From Methylococcaceae bacterium (GTDB taxonomy: Bacteria > Patescibacteriota > Microgenomatia > UBA1400 > PJMF01), in assembly GCA_044370175.1 (NCBI GenBank), contig JBILVZ010000004.1, forward strand, positions 1-59,484: 59,484 bases of DNA, read 5' to 3'. Both the position numbers and the translations under genes were made by a program. Shown piece after piece: positions 9,566 through 18,731 of the stretch (the stretch's first letter is position 1; the number at the start of each line of letters is the position of its first letter). Below the pieces are notes generated by a model. It worked only from the letters and a program-made list of their open reading frames with translations. It did no database searches and was not told the DNA's origin.

Positions 9566-10768
9566 CTACTGCTGGGCAGCCCGGAGTGTGACTGACTTTT
9601 CAAGACTTTCACCATCTCTCCAGTAGGTAATAGTGATTGTTTCACCCACCTTTTTCTTGTTTATAATTTCAGCCAAGTTTAGTGTTTCAGTGAGTTGCTG
9701 ACCATCTATCTTAGTTAAGATATCACCTTCTTGAATGCCCGCATTTTCAGCTGATGAACCAGCGATTACTTCTTGAATATACGCACCTTGTGGTACTTCA
9801 TTGGCCAGTGCTGCTTCACGACTGATCAGGCGATAGCGCACCCCAAAGAATGGACGATCAAACTGTCCTGTTTCATTAAAGTTACGAACTGACTCTTTAA
9901 TAACATTGATCGGCAAGGCAAAACCAACATTTTGTGCATTTGCAGATACCGCAACATTCACCCCGATCACCTCACCATTTGCATTGAGGAGCGGTCCGCC
10001 AGAGTTGCCAGGATTGATGGCTGCATCGGTCTGAATGACGTTTTCCAGCTCTTCGGTACCAGCTCGCCCCCCAAAGGCAGTGATTCCTCGCCCCAAACCT
10101 GAGATCACCCCAGTCGTCACTGTGTGGCGAAACTCCCCGAGCGCTGTCCCAATCGCAATTACGCCCTCGCCCACTCTAATTTTGTCGGAATCGCCCAACT
10201 GGAGTGCAGAAAGACTCGATCCATCAATCTTGAGGATCGCCATGTCCGTGCTTGGATCACGATAGATATTTTTGACTTCATACTCTTTGTTTTCTTTATC
10301 AATGATTTTGTACTGTGCTGTTGGGTCACTCACCACATGTTTATTGGTCACAATTAAGCCACTGCCATCCACCACAAAGCCAGTGCCTATATCTTGTTGG
10401 ATTTCTTTTATTTCTGGAGCTTGCTGATTGAAGTTAAAACCAAAAAAGCCTTGGAATGGATCCTGGATAACTTGTTGGCGTGTTTTTATGGCTACCGTCA
10501 CTACCGACTCAGAAGCCACTTCTGCTACATCAGCAACCGAGATATTCCCCCCAGCTTGCAGCAGGCTACCCAGTTTAGAGCTAGGATTACTGATAGAATT
10601 GGTAGCGGCAGCACCTGAGCTTCTGGCTGCAAAGTAATCAATGGGCTTGACGACAAAAACTCGATCTGCCCAAGCGCCAGCAAAGAAGGAAAGTAATACA
10701 ACTGCAGAGATACTTGCCCCGATTACAAAGCCTCTGCGTGTATTTTGAGAAGTAGTTTCGTCTTTCAT
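9566..10768 (-). CDS. htrA: HtrA/DegP-like trypsin serine protease with one PDZ domain
   Basis: N-terminal TM helix, TNKHVV, IQTDAAINPGNSGGPL, C-terminal PDZ. Confidence 0.94.
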   Translation of the reverse strand: MKDETTSQNTRRGFVIGASISAVVLLSFFAGAWADRVFVVKPIDYFAARSSGAAATNSISNPSSKLGSLLQAGGNISVADVAEVASESVVTVAIKTRQQVIQDPFQGFFGFNFNQQAPEIKEIQQDIGTGFVVDGSGLIVTNKHVVSDPTAQYKIIDKENKEYEVKNIYRDPSTDMAILKIDGSSLSALQLGDSDKIRVGEGVIAIGTALGEFRHTVTTGVISGLGRGITAFGGRAGTEELENVIQTDAAINPGNSGGPLLNANGEVIGVNVAVSANAQNVGFALPINVIKESVRNFNETGQFDRPFFGVRYRLISREAALANEVPQGAYIQEVIAGSSAENAGIQEGDILTKIDGQQLTETLNLAEIINKKKVGETITITYWRDGESLEKSVTLRAAQQ

Positions 10769-10864
10769 AGCACTATTTTTAGCAGAAAACTCGCTCTTCT
10801 GCAAGAAAAAATATATAGAATTAAACTTAAAAATCGCTTAAAGATACACGCTCAAGAGATAGGA

Positions 10865-12145
10865 CTAAAGTACCTCAATCGCCTTGAGCAGCTGTTCATC
10901 TTCTGTTGTGTCGCGATTATCTTCCACTTCGATATCTACTGGAATACCATGCTCATGAATCCACTCACCACCAGGCAACATCCAGCGAGCAATAGTCACA
11001 TGAATACCACCACCATTTTTTAATTCACGACGGTCTTGCACAGTACCTTTGCCAAAAGTTTTTTGCCCAACTAAGCGTGCTTGTAAGCGGTCACGCAAGG
11101 CACCTGCCACAATTTCTGAGGCAGATGCACTGCCTCCATTTACTACTACTATGATTGGGATGCCACTCAAACGACCTGAACCATTAGAGGTATAGTCTTG
11201 ATTGGCAAAACGCCCATGTTGACTGACTACTACTCCACTTTTGATAAAATCGGAAGAAACTTTAATTGCTTCATCAAAGAAGCCTCCAGGATTATTGCGC
11301 ATATCAAGTACAATTCCCGCAATAGAATCACGATCTTTTTGAATGGCAGTTACTGCTTCTCGCCACTCAGAATCGGTTCGCTCACCAAATCGTGAGAGTT
11401 TAATGTGAGCAACACGTTTGCCTGCATGTTCTGTAAAGGCAAGTTCAACTGATTTGACAATGATTTCTTGGCGTTGCAAGGTCACCTCAAAAGGTTTAAC
11501 TTCTGCAGTTTGATCTTTACCCCGGCGCAGTAACGTCAACGTCACAGGACTATTTTTAGGACCACGAATGACATCAACCGCCTTGTTGAGCGACCAATTA
11601 CTACTGTCTTCATCAAGATTTTTGGCGGGATCTTTGACACGCAAAATCAGATCTCCTGCTTGGACATCTGCTTGAGAAGCTGGAGAGCCCGTTAGAGGGG
11701 CCATGACAGCCAGAATACCATCAACATATCCTAATTCAATGCCAACGCCATAAAATGAGCCTGCTAAGTCTTGACCACTCCTGATTTTATCTTCAGGTGG
11801 TAAGTACATGGTGTAGGCATCTCCCAAAGAGGCTACCATACCGCCAATCGCGCCATCCACCATCTTTTCAGTTGTTAATTTTTCAGGTTCGTTGTATTCT
11901 GCCTCGAGCACATCCCAAGCCTGCCAGAACGCACTAAAATCTACTTCACTACGATCACTGGGCTGACTGGTATTAAGAAGTTTAACGAGTGTAGAGCTTT
12001 TGGTATCATGAGAAACAGGACTCGTGCCTGTCAAATTGAACGGTAGTGCCTGTACCATATCGTAGCGATACTGGATAATTGCACCGAGCACAAAAATCAA
12101 CACCGAGACAACGAAAGTTCTTATTATTTCTAAAGAAAGTTTCAT
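10865..12145 (-). CDS. ctpA: Carboxy-terminal processing protease (S41 family)
   Basis: LDMRNNPGG, SASASEIVAGAL, TFGKGTVQ, PDZ, N-terminal TM. Confidence 0.93.
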   Translation of the reverse strand: MKLSLEIIRTFVVSVLIFVLGAIIQYRYDMVQALPFNLTGTSPVSHDTKSSTLVKLLNTSQPSDRSEVDFSAFWQAWDVLEAEYNEPEKLTTEKMVDGAIGGMVASLGDAYTMYLPPEDKIRSGQDLAGSFYGVGIELGYVDGILAVMAPLTGSPASQADVQAGDLILRVKDPAKNLDEDSSNWSLNKAVDVIRGPKNSPVTLTLLRRGKDQTAEVKPFEVTLQRQEIIVKSVELAFTEHAGKRVAHIKLSRFGERTDSEWREAVTAIQKDRDSIAGIVLDMRNNPGGFFDEAIKVSSDFIKSGVVVSQHGRFANQDYTSNGSGRLSGIPIIVVVNGGSASASEIVAGALRDRLQARLVGQKTFGKGTVQDRRELKNGGGIHVTIARWMLPGGEWIHEHGIPVDIEVEDNRDTTEDEQLLKAIEVL

Positions 12146-12281
12146 AAGTCTTTAGTCTACTACGAAACTAGTCATTTAAACAGTTGTTTAATTTTTTTGA
12201 GCTAGTGTTTTGTTGAGATCTTTGCAAAAAAAGTAGGATTGTTCTCCCACTCGCTGTACCTCAGTTTTACTTACACAGCAA

Positions 12282-12506
12282 CTACAGTGTTTGAGTAAAT
12301 GGCACGAGTGCTAGATGACGAGCTCGTTTCACTTCAACTGAAAGTTTGCGCTGCTGTTTTTGGGAAAGTCCAGTCTCATAGCGAGTCAGAATCATTCCTT
12401 GTTCAGTCATAAAGCGACCCAAAGTGTTTGGATCTTTGTAGGTGAAGATAACAGTAATTTTCTTTAATGGTCGTCTTGCTTTACGTTTAATTTGTTTCAT
12501 TGGCAT
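12282..12506 (-). CDS. rpsR: 30S ribosomal protein S18 (no Zn cysteines)
   Basis: YKDPNTLGRF..GMILTRYETG..QQRKL..VKRARHLALVPF; rpsF-ssb-rpsR order. Confidence 0.95.
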   Translation of the reverse strand: MPMKQIKRKARRPLKKITVIFTYKDPNTLGRFMTEQGMILTRYETGLSQKQQRKLSVEVKRARHLALVPFTQTL

Positions 12507-12531
12507 ATTGTTTTATCCTTTATTTTGTATA

Positions 12532-13047
12532 CTAAAATGGCACGTCATCGGCCACATCTTCGGCAGATTGAGCATCTTCTGACATGGTATCAGCAGTACT
12601 CTTCTTTGGTTTTCGAGAGTTGGCAGCTGGAGCGGCAGTTGTTTCTTCAGGGCCACCCGCGTCATCACCATAGGAATCATTGGAGTAACTACCCCCTGCA
12701 CCACCTTGTGAGGAGCGAAGGAGAATCATGTTATCAATGACAACTTCAGTAATACGGCGATCTTGCCCATCATCACCTTTCCAGTCACGACTTTGTAGCC
12801 TGCCTTCCACATAGACTTTATCGCCTTTATGGAGGAGTTGGCCACAGATATCAGCTAGTTTTGACCAAGCCACAACATTGTGGTACTCAACTTTTTCTTG
12901 TTTTTCACCACCTTCTGATGGTGTCCAGGTACGGTTGGTCGCCAAGCCAAATGAACAAACTGCTGTTCCACCTGGGGTGTAGCGCAAGTTTGGGTCACGG
13001 GTTAAGTTACCAATTAACATTACTTTATTGAGAGATCGTGCTGACAT
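12532..13047 (-). CDS. ssb: Single-stranded DNA-binding protein
   Basis: LNKVMLIGNLTRDP, VYVEGRLQSR, C-terminal DDVPF. Confidence 0.97.
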   Translation of the reverse strand: MSARSLNKVMLIGNLTRDPNLRYTPGGTAVCSFGLATNRTWTPSEGGEKQEKVEYHNVVAWSKLADICGQLLHKGDKVYVEGRLQSRDWKGDDGQDRRITEVVIDNMILLRSSQGGAGGSYSNDSYGDDAGGPEETTAAPAANSRKPKKSTADTMSEDAQSAEDVADDVPF

Positions 13048-13128
13048 CGTATCCTTTCGTGCTAGTCCTGTTTCTCTTACTCACTAGTATATCTGCCATT
13101 ATTACATAAACTGTAGGAAACTACAGAG

Positions 13129-13485
13129 TTACTTGGCAGCTTTCTCGTCCTGTTTACTACTAGCTTCATCTGCCACAACGAATAAGTGACGAATGATAGA
13201 TTGGTTGAGGTAGAGATCTTTTTCAAACGCAAACGCTGCTGCAGTTTCAAACTCCACCACGATGTGTTTGTAGGCAGCTTCTGTGTGTCTTTTACCGCCA
13301 TGTTTGATGGTGTAAGCCATTGGCTTTCTACCCCATTCTTCGCGATTTTTGACAACACCCTTGTGCTTGGTGAGTAGTTTCTCAACAGCTGTGTCAATCT
13401 GTTTGACTTCATCTGTGGTAAGTTGTGCTGAGACGAGGTACGTAAGCTCGTACAGCTTGGTCCGCTTGTCTGACGGAATATGCAT
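13129..13485 (-). CDS. rpsF: 30S ribosomal protein S6
   Basis: YELTYLV, EWGRKPMAYTIK, IIRHL; AGGAG SD before ATG 13485. Confidence 0.93.
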   Translation of the reverse strand: MHIPSDKRTKLYELTYLVSAQLTTDEVKQIDTAVEKLLTKHKGVVKNREEWGRKPMAYTIKHGGKRHTEAAYKHIVVEFETAAAFAFEKDLYLNQSIIRHLFVVADEASSKQDEKAAK

Positions 13486-13565
13486 AGACTCCTTCTGCTG
13501 TGATCGAAGAGTAATTGGTTTCACAGACACGCGCCTGTGAACGATCAAGCCTGGTTATTATACCA
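13486..13565 (-). promoter_or_regulatory. rpsF promoter (TGgTATAAT) and structured 5' leader
   Basis: TATAAT at 13557-13562; helices TGATCG/CGATCA and TTCACAG/CTGTGAA; ACTCTTC can alternatively pair with GAAGGAGT (SD). Confidence 0.55.
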
Positions 13566-13601
13566 CACTCAGATCGAGCCCCAGCGCTCAAGCGGCTCGT
13601 T

Positions 13602-14189
13602 CTACTGCTGCGATTTAATGGCGATATAGACACTGGCATGTTGCAAGCTATGGATGAACTCATCCATGGTGACGCCTTGATTACTTTCATATCGTTGTGT
13701 ACTTGAGGTGTTCAAAGAGCCATTGGCAGTTCCAAAACCGATCATTGGGATTGGACTAAAGAGAGTCCCCCGCAGCTGGAGTCGCCCAGAGTTCTGTGAA
13801 GATGCCCCTTGAGCAGTTTGAGTAATACGGAGCAATTTCTCTACTCTTTCTTCAGTTTGGGTGACTATAACCAGCTCAAGCACTTGGCCAGGTTGCAGCT
13901 GTTGCTGATAAGTATCAATAGCAGCGGTCAAAACCCTGTTCAATTCTGCTCTGGCCACCATTGCATCTGCCCCAAGAGGGATGGAATATGAACACAACTC
14001 CGTGCCTGCACCATACGTAATATGCTTATTCAGCTTCTCAAGAATTTCAGTATCAGTTGCAACGGGCACAACGCTCGTTTCTACCCTACGTGGTCCACCC
14101 TGTAAGAGGGCGGTAAATGCATCCGTATCCCCTACGCGATAGATACTCCGAACGCTTGTCTCAGGTTGTGCAATGGCAAGATAGACCAC
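13602..14189 (-). CDS. Hypothetical protein
   Basis: 195-aa ORF with GGAG upstream; no motif. Confidence 0.55.
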   Translation of the reverse strand: MVYLAIAQPETSVRSIYRVGDTDAFTALLQGGPRRVETSVVPVATDTEILEKLNKHITYGAGTELCSYSIPLGADAMVARAELNRVLTAAIDTYQQQLQPGQVLELVIVTQTEERVEKLLRITQTAQGASSQNSGRLQLRGTLFSPIPMIGFGTANGSLNTSSTQRYESNQGVTMDEFIHSLQHASVYIAIKSQQ

Positions 14190-14313
14190 TCCATGTACAA
14201 AACTCAGTCAACAGCATGCCATCTATGGCACCGTGTCTGTGCTGCCAGCTGGGAAGTGGCACACCGAGTTGTAGATCAATCTGTTTTTCTTGCTGTGGCA
14301 TATGGGACTCGTA

Positions 14314-15192
14314 TTATACGCCAACCACTGCATCAAACTGGGCACTGGGCACAAACATAGGATTCAGCCAAAACTGCGCACTGTCCTTTTGGCCTGGTTG
14401 CCAGTCGGTGAGCACCATCCGTCGAGTCAAAACGTCTGCTCCAATCAAGTTTCTGTACGCCGTGATAACGGTCTGCTGGGTGCGTTCTTGATTGCCACTT
14501 CTGCGAGGCAGACTTGCGAGCATTTGCTCAAGTAGTTCATCGGTAGTACGCACGCCCTTGCCGGCTAGATCATCTTGGCTGGCCTGGTGGAGTGCACTGA
14601 CTAGTGCCACGACATCTCCTCCGACAGTCTTTGCCGCCCTGCGTCCCCCCACTCCAAGGCTATAGTAGCTTTGATTGTAGTCAGTGCGCGCTTCTTGTTC
14701 TAGGTGAAATGCATAGGGCAGATAAAAGGGTAGCTCAGTGTGCACTCTGGCTTCTAAAAGACTTTTTTTGCCACGCTGCCCTTCTGCAATAACGACATCG
14801 AGCCGTAGACGACCTGCTAGTGGCTCTGCCAGGGAACTGGCTGCTAAAAAACCCTGCATGTCTTGCAGCAATGCTGCTGCATTGCGTGGGAAGGCGTGGT
14901 TTTGCAATCTTGTAGCTACAACGGGCAGTTTTGTGATCTCGCTGTATATTTGAGCAAGATCATTTTGTGAATGGCGAGTAGCTGTCAAGAGATAACGCAA
15001 AAGATGGCAGTAGTAGCTGGTACTTTCGCTGAATGCTATCAATTCTTGGCATTGGCCGTTTTGCTGTAAAAAAAGCTTCAGGTTGGGGATATCAAAGATC
15101 AAGGTATCGCCACTAAAGGGAGGCGCGAGCTTTTCTTGAGCTGCTTGTGTAGTGCTGTACTCGACTGGCCGGACTCCTTTTTCGTGATGCAT
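14314..15192 (-). CDS. Hypothetical protein
   Basis: About 292-aa ORF; start uncertain; no motif. Confidence 0.6.
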   Translation of the reverse strand: MHHEKGVRPVEYSTTQAAQEKLAPPFSGDTLIFDIPNLKLFLQQNGQCQELIAFSESTSYYCHLLRYLLTATRHSQNDLAQIYSEITKLPVVATRLQNHAFPRNAAALLQDMQGFLAASSLAEPLAGRLRLDVVIAEGQRGKKSLLEARVHTELPFYLPYAFHLEQEARTDYNQSYYSLGVGGRRAAKTVGGDVVALVSALHQASQDDLAGKGVRTTDELLEQMLASLPRRSGNQERTQQTVITAYRNLIGADVLTRRMVLTDWQPGQKDSAQFWLNPMFVPSAQFDAVVGV

Positions 15193-15248
15193 AGATTTTT
15201 TTAAGCGCTTACCACATGGTTGCTGCAAGCTACCACAATTACCAGTAG

Positions 15249-16415
15249 CTATTTCCCAATCATAAACTCCACCACATCACCATCTTGCATGACATAGTCT
15301 TTGCTCTCGGTACGGAGCTTGCCGTTTTCTTTGACGCCCTTCCAGCCATTGAACTGGACAAAGTGATCATAGGACGTGACGCGGGCGGAGATAAAGTTTT
15401 TTTCAAAATCTGTGTGGATGACTCCTGCGGCTTGGCGAGCGGTACAGCCTTGTGGGATCGTCCAAGCGCGGACTTCGAGTTCACCAGCGGTCAGGTAACT
15501 TTGCAGGTGCAGGGTGTGATAGGCAGCGGTAATGAGGCGGTCTAGCCCACTCTGCTCTAGTCCTAGTTCTGCGAGGTAGAGGGCGCGGTCTTCGTCGGCC
15601 AAAGATGACAGTTCGCTCTCGATTTTGTTGCACATGACGATGATTTGAGAAGGCTCCAGGTTAAGTTCAGTGGCAAATTTGGTGGTCAGTTTGTCCACGC
15701 CTTCTGACAGTTGCGTCTCACTGACGTTAATGACAAACAGTTCTTTTTTGGACGTCATCAGCGAAAGTTCTTTGCAGACAGCACGGACTTGATCTTGGTG
15801 CATGGTGGAAATTTTGAAGCTGCTGGGGGCAGGTGTGGTGGTGGTGGTGGTGGGTCTGGTCGTGGTGGAGCCTGTAGTATCGAGGATGCTCGTGAGCGTC
15901 AGGCCGGCATCAAGGACTTCTTTGATGGCTTGGATAACTTCCCAGCGTTCTTTGGTGGCTTTGTCTACCGCACCCTTGGGCTGTTGTTGTTTTTCTACTG
16001 TAGCGCTGTCGGCGAGGACGAGCTCAAGGCGGATGATCTCGAGGTCAGACTTGGGATCGGTGGAGCCTTCGCGGATGATGTCAGCGTCTTCAAAAGCACG
16101 GACGACGTGACAGATGGCAGCGGTTTCGCGGATGTTGGCGAGGAATTGGTTACCCAGGCCCTCCCCTTTGCTGGCACCAGCTACCAGGCCAGCGATGTCG
16201 ACGAACTCGACAGTGGCGGGCTTGATGGTGGTGGTGTGGACGATTTCGGCGAGCTTTTCCAGGCGCGCATCTGGCACCGGGACGATGCCGACGTTGGGCT
16301 CGATGGTGGCGAAGGGATAGTTGGCAGCCAAGGCTTGCTGCTCTTTGAGCAATGCGTTGAAGAGTGTAGATTTTCCTACGTTTGGCAGACCGACGATTCC
16401 GATGGAGAGTGACAT
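15249..16415 (-). CDS. ychF: Obg-family ATPase YchF, with a Thr-rich insertion
   Basis: GIVGLPNVGKSTLFNAL, ANYPFATIEPN, DIAGLV, GEGLGNQFL, TGS domain. Confidence 0.97.
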   Translation of the reverse strand: MSLSIGIVGLPNVGKSTLFNALLKEQQALAANYPFATIEPNVGIVPVPDARLEKLAEIVHTTTIKPATVEFVDIAGLVAGASKGEGLGNQFLANIRETAAICHVVRAFEDADIIREGSTDPKSDLEIIRLELVLADSATVEKQQQPKGAVDKATKERWEVIQAIKEVLDAGLTLTSILDTTGSTTTRPTTTTTTPAPSSFKISTMHQDQVRAVCKELSLMTSKKELFVINVSETQLSEGVDKLTTKFATELNLEPSQIIVMCNKIESELSSLADEDRALYLAELGLEQSGLDRLITAAYHTLHLQSYLTAGELEVRAWTIPQGCTARQAAGVIHTDFEKNFISARVTSYDHFVQFNGWKGVKENGKLRTESKDYVMQDGDVVEFMIGK

Positions 16416-16607
16416 ATGGAGGGTATTATACCTGAAGATTGCCATAGGGCACTATGGCGTAGGTTCGGCTCCTAGTTGGGGAGCATTATGATAAGAATTA
16501 AATTTCTCGTAACCTTATCAAATACTATTTAGACAATTTTTCTTCATATAGGTTGTACAAAATATGTTTATATTCCCATTTTAATAGTAATAAATTGCAA
16601 GGCAAAT

Positions 16608-17348
16608 GTGACTAAACAAGAAGTCAGAAAAACAGCAAATTTTGTTTGTAAAAACTGTGGGAGAACCACTGATTGTCAAATTGCCCATATAATCCCAGAC
16701 TCCTGGGGTGGATCTTACAAAGCGGAAAATTTGCTGTTTTTATGCAATCCATGCCATAGAAAGTTTGAAGTAGAACACTTAACTCCTGGCAGTAAGCAGG
16801 CTAAGGCTTTAATTAGGCGGATGAAAGAATTAAATAAAGATGGAACAAAATTTGATTATATAAATGCTTGCTTTGATTTTTATTCCTCTGAAAGAGTATT
16901 TTATCTTGGTAGAGGCTTTAAAATTGTAAATACTCCAATAATTTTTGCTCATAAATTCAAGAGTGGGGAAATATTACCTTTACTTAGTCTTCAGAATATA
17001 AATGAAAGGTTGATACTAAGTGGTATATTCTATGATTGTAACAATAACATATTATTAGAAATTAAAGAGAATAAAATCTTTGCTAGAGGAAGCATGTTTT
17101 GGGATTTCAAGATTGAGCATAACTCAGGAATTTCTTTATTTTCGAATGACAAAAAGGTTTTCTTAACTATTAAGCAAAATGAAGACTCTTCTCTTGAGTT
17201 AAGAGGCAACTTATACTTTTTCGGAAAAAGATACCAATTTGAAGATATACTTATTGATCCAAATCGTAATAGTTTCTCAGGCAATGTAATTTCTAGCTGC
17301 GGTTATGCACTCATAATTGATGAAACAGGTATAGTAAGTATTGGTTAA
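16608..17348 (+). CDS. HNH endonuclease with unknown C-terminal domain
   Basis: CKNCG..AHIIPDSWGG..ENLLFLCNPCH; visibly AT-rich. Confidence 0.82.
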   Translation: MTKQEVRKTANFVCKNCGRTTDCQIAHIIPDSWGGSYKAENLLFLCNPCHRKFEVEHLTPGSKQAKALIRRMKELNKDGTKFDYINACFDFYSSERVFYLGRGFKIVNTPIIFAHKFKSGEILPLLSLQNINERLILSGIFYDCNNNILLEIKENKIFARGSMFWDFKIEHNSGISLFSNDKKVFLTIKQNEDSSLELRGNLYFFGKRYQFEDILIDPNRNSFSGNVISSCGYALIIDETGIVSIG

Positions 17349-17393
17349 TAATTGTTAATTATATTAAATAGTGAAATTCAAAGCTAATTTTCC

Positions 17394-17723
17394 TTACTCC
17401 TCTTTCAGCAATTTCTTAAGCCTGGGTAAATCTTCTTGCACTACCTGCCAAACCAAATCTAGATCCACCTCATCATAATCATGAATCAACACATCTCGCA
17501 TACCTGCCATTTTTCTCCATGGAACTTCAGGAAACATTTGTTTGAATTTTTCTTCAAGCCTTTTTGTGGCCTCACCAATGATTTCTAACCTCCTGACTAT
17601 AGCATCTTGAAGTTGAGTATCGCGTAAAAAATCATCTTTACTTTCTATATCAACTAAATAGGCCTCAATAAGATCAATTGAATTACGGATATCTTCTAGA
17701 TAAGGATTAGGTACTTTGTTCAT
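17394..17723 (-). CDS. HEPN/DUF86 RNase toxin (HepT-like)
   Basis: [29 protein letters not shown] (Rx4HxY); 4-nt overlap with the MNT gene. Confidence 0.92.
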   Translation of the reverse strand: MNKVPNPYLEDIRNSIDLIEAYLVDIESKDDFLRDTQLQDAIVRRLEIIGEATKRLEEKFKQMFPEVPWRKMAGMRDVLIHDYDEVDLDLVWQVVQEDLPRLKKLLKEE

Positions 17724-18010
17724 ATTCTATAAAAAACACTTTCATCGCTAAGAATATACAATCTCAGTGACGGTTTTATAGCTTTATATTGCACCAAGTC
17801 AACTTTTTTACCTAATGAATCTTCAAGATCCAACTTCAATCCTACAAAATCAAGCAAGCTGAGTTTTTTAGCACCTAGCTCTACAAGAATATCAATATCA
17901 CTATCTGAAGTTTGCTCACTTCTGGCATAAGAACCAAAAAGAGCAGCTTTCTTTACCCCGTAGGAAGCAAGAATATCTTTTGTTTTATCAGCAATATTCT
18001 GTATGTTCAT
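17720..18010 (-). CDS. Minimal nucleotidyltransferase antitoxin (MntA-like)
   Basis: [20 protein letters not shown] (GSx10DxD). Confidence 0.92.
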   Translation of the reverse strand: MNIQNIADKTKDILASYGVKKAALFGSYARSEQTSDSDIDILVELGAKKLSLLDFVGLKLDLEDSLGKKVDLVQYKAIKPSLRLYILSDESVFYRI

Positions 18011-18064
18011 GTTTTAGATTATAGCAAATCGCTGAATTCTAATTCATCATGCAACTTATATTAG

Positions 18065-18340
18065 CTACTGCACAATCCGAACTTGCAATTTTCCTTCTGT
18101 TGCCTTGGCAATTTTTTCCAAAAAATCTATAGAAGGATTTGTGTTCCCTGACTCCAAACGGGCAATAGCGGATTGTTTTGTACCAACTTTTTTAGCTAAA
18201 TCTTCCTGACTCATCTTCTTTTTCATACGAGCACCAATAATCTCAGAAATAATTTTATACCGAGGAGATAAACGCTCATATTCTTTACGAACGTCCTCAT
18301 TTTTTAGTAGTTTTTGCTTAAATTTTTCCCATTTTAACAT
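18065..18340 (-). CDS. XRE-family HTH antitoxin (HigA-like)
   Basis: MSQEDLAKKVGTKQSAIARLESG..NPSI; downstream of a RelE-like gene. Confidence 0.9.
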   Translation of the reverse strand: MLKWEKFKQKLLKNEDVRKEYERLSPRYKIISEIIGARMKKKMSQEDLAKKVGTKQSAIARLESGNTNPSIDFLEKIAKATEGKLQVRIVQ

Positions 18341-18366
18341 AATTTATGTTATAACATATATGTTAT
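18335..18366. promoter_or_regulatory. Tandem palindromic operators at the higA start
   Basis: TAACATAA-t-TTATGTTA (18335-18351) and perfect ATAACATATATGTTAT (18351-18366). Confidence 0.6.
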
Positions 18367-18731
18367 ATTTCTTCAAGACGATTGATGGCCATCTTCAATT
18401 CCTTAGTTGGAATTTTTTGAGTTTTCTTTGTAAATCCATGCAAAATGTAAATCGTCAATTTTCTAATCGTGAAAAACAGCCGCACTTCTTCTCTTCCTCT
18501 TACTCGTAACTCACTAAGTTGAGGTGATATTCTCCTGACATATGGCATTTGAACTGCTGGCCCATATTCTTGTAACAAATCAAAACCTTCAGCTATCCCT
18601 TTCAGCTCCTCATCCTCAGCTTCAAAGTATTGGGTTGCTTCCTCTGCATTCACCCATTTATATTCTGAGTGGTCAGTAGGATCTAGTTGTGGTTCTGGAG
18701 AATCAGGTTTTAGCGTACACAAAAAGATCAC
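18363..18731 (-). CDS. RelE/HigB (Gp49-like) toxin with atypical NUDIX-like N-terminus
   Basis: C-terminal LLQEYG..MPYVR..LSELRVRG..ILHGFTKKTQKIP; N-terminal IFLC..DHSEYKWV. Confidence 0.75.
   Translation of the reverse strand: MIFLCTLKPDSPEPQLDPTDHSEYKWVNAEEATQYFEAEDEELKGIAEGFDLLQEYGPAVQMPYVRRISPQLSELRVRGREEVRLFFTIRKLTIYILHGFTKKTQKIPTKELKMAINRLEEI

Noticed and set aside
15711-16412. 233-aa plus-strand ORF and other ORFs overlapping ychF
   Set aside because: Antisense shadows of a GC-rich conserved gene.
16441-16487. Hairpins GCCATAG/CTATGGC and GCTCC/GGAGC at the islet edge
   Set aside because: Short, without a U-tract, and no matching copy was seen at the other islet end, so no function can be supported.
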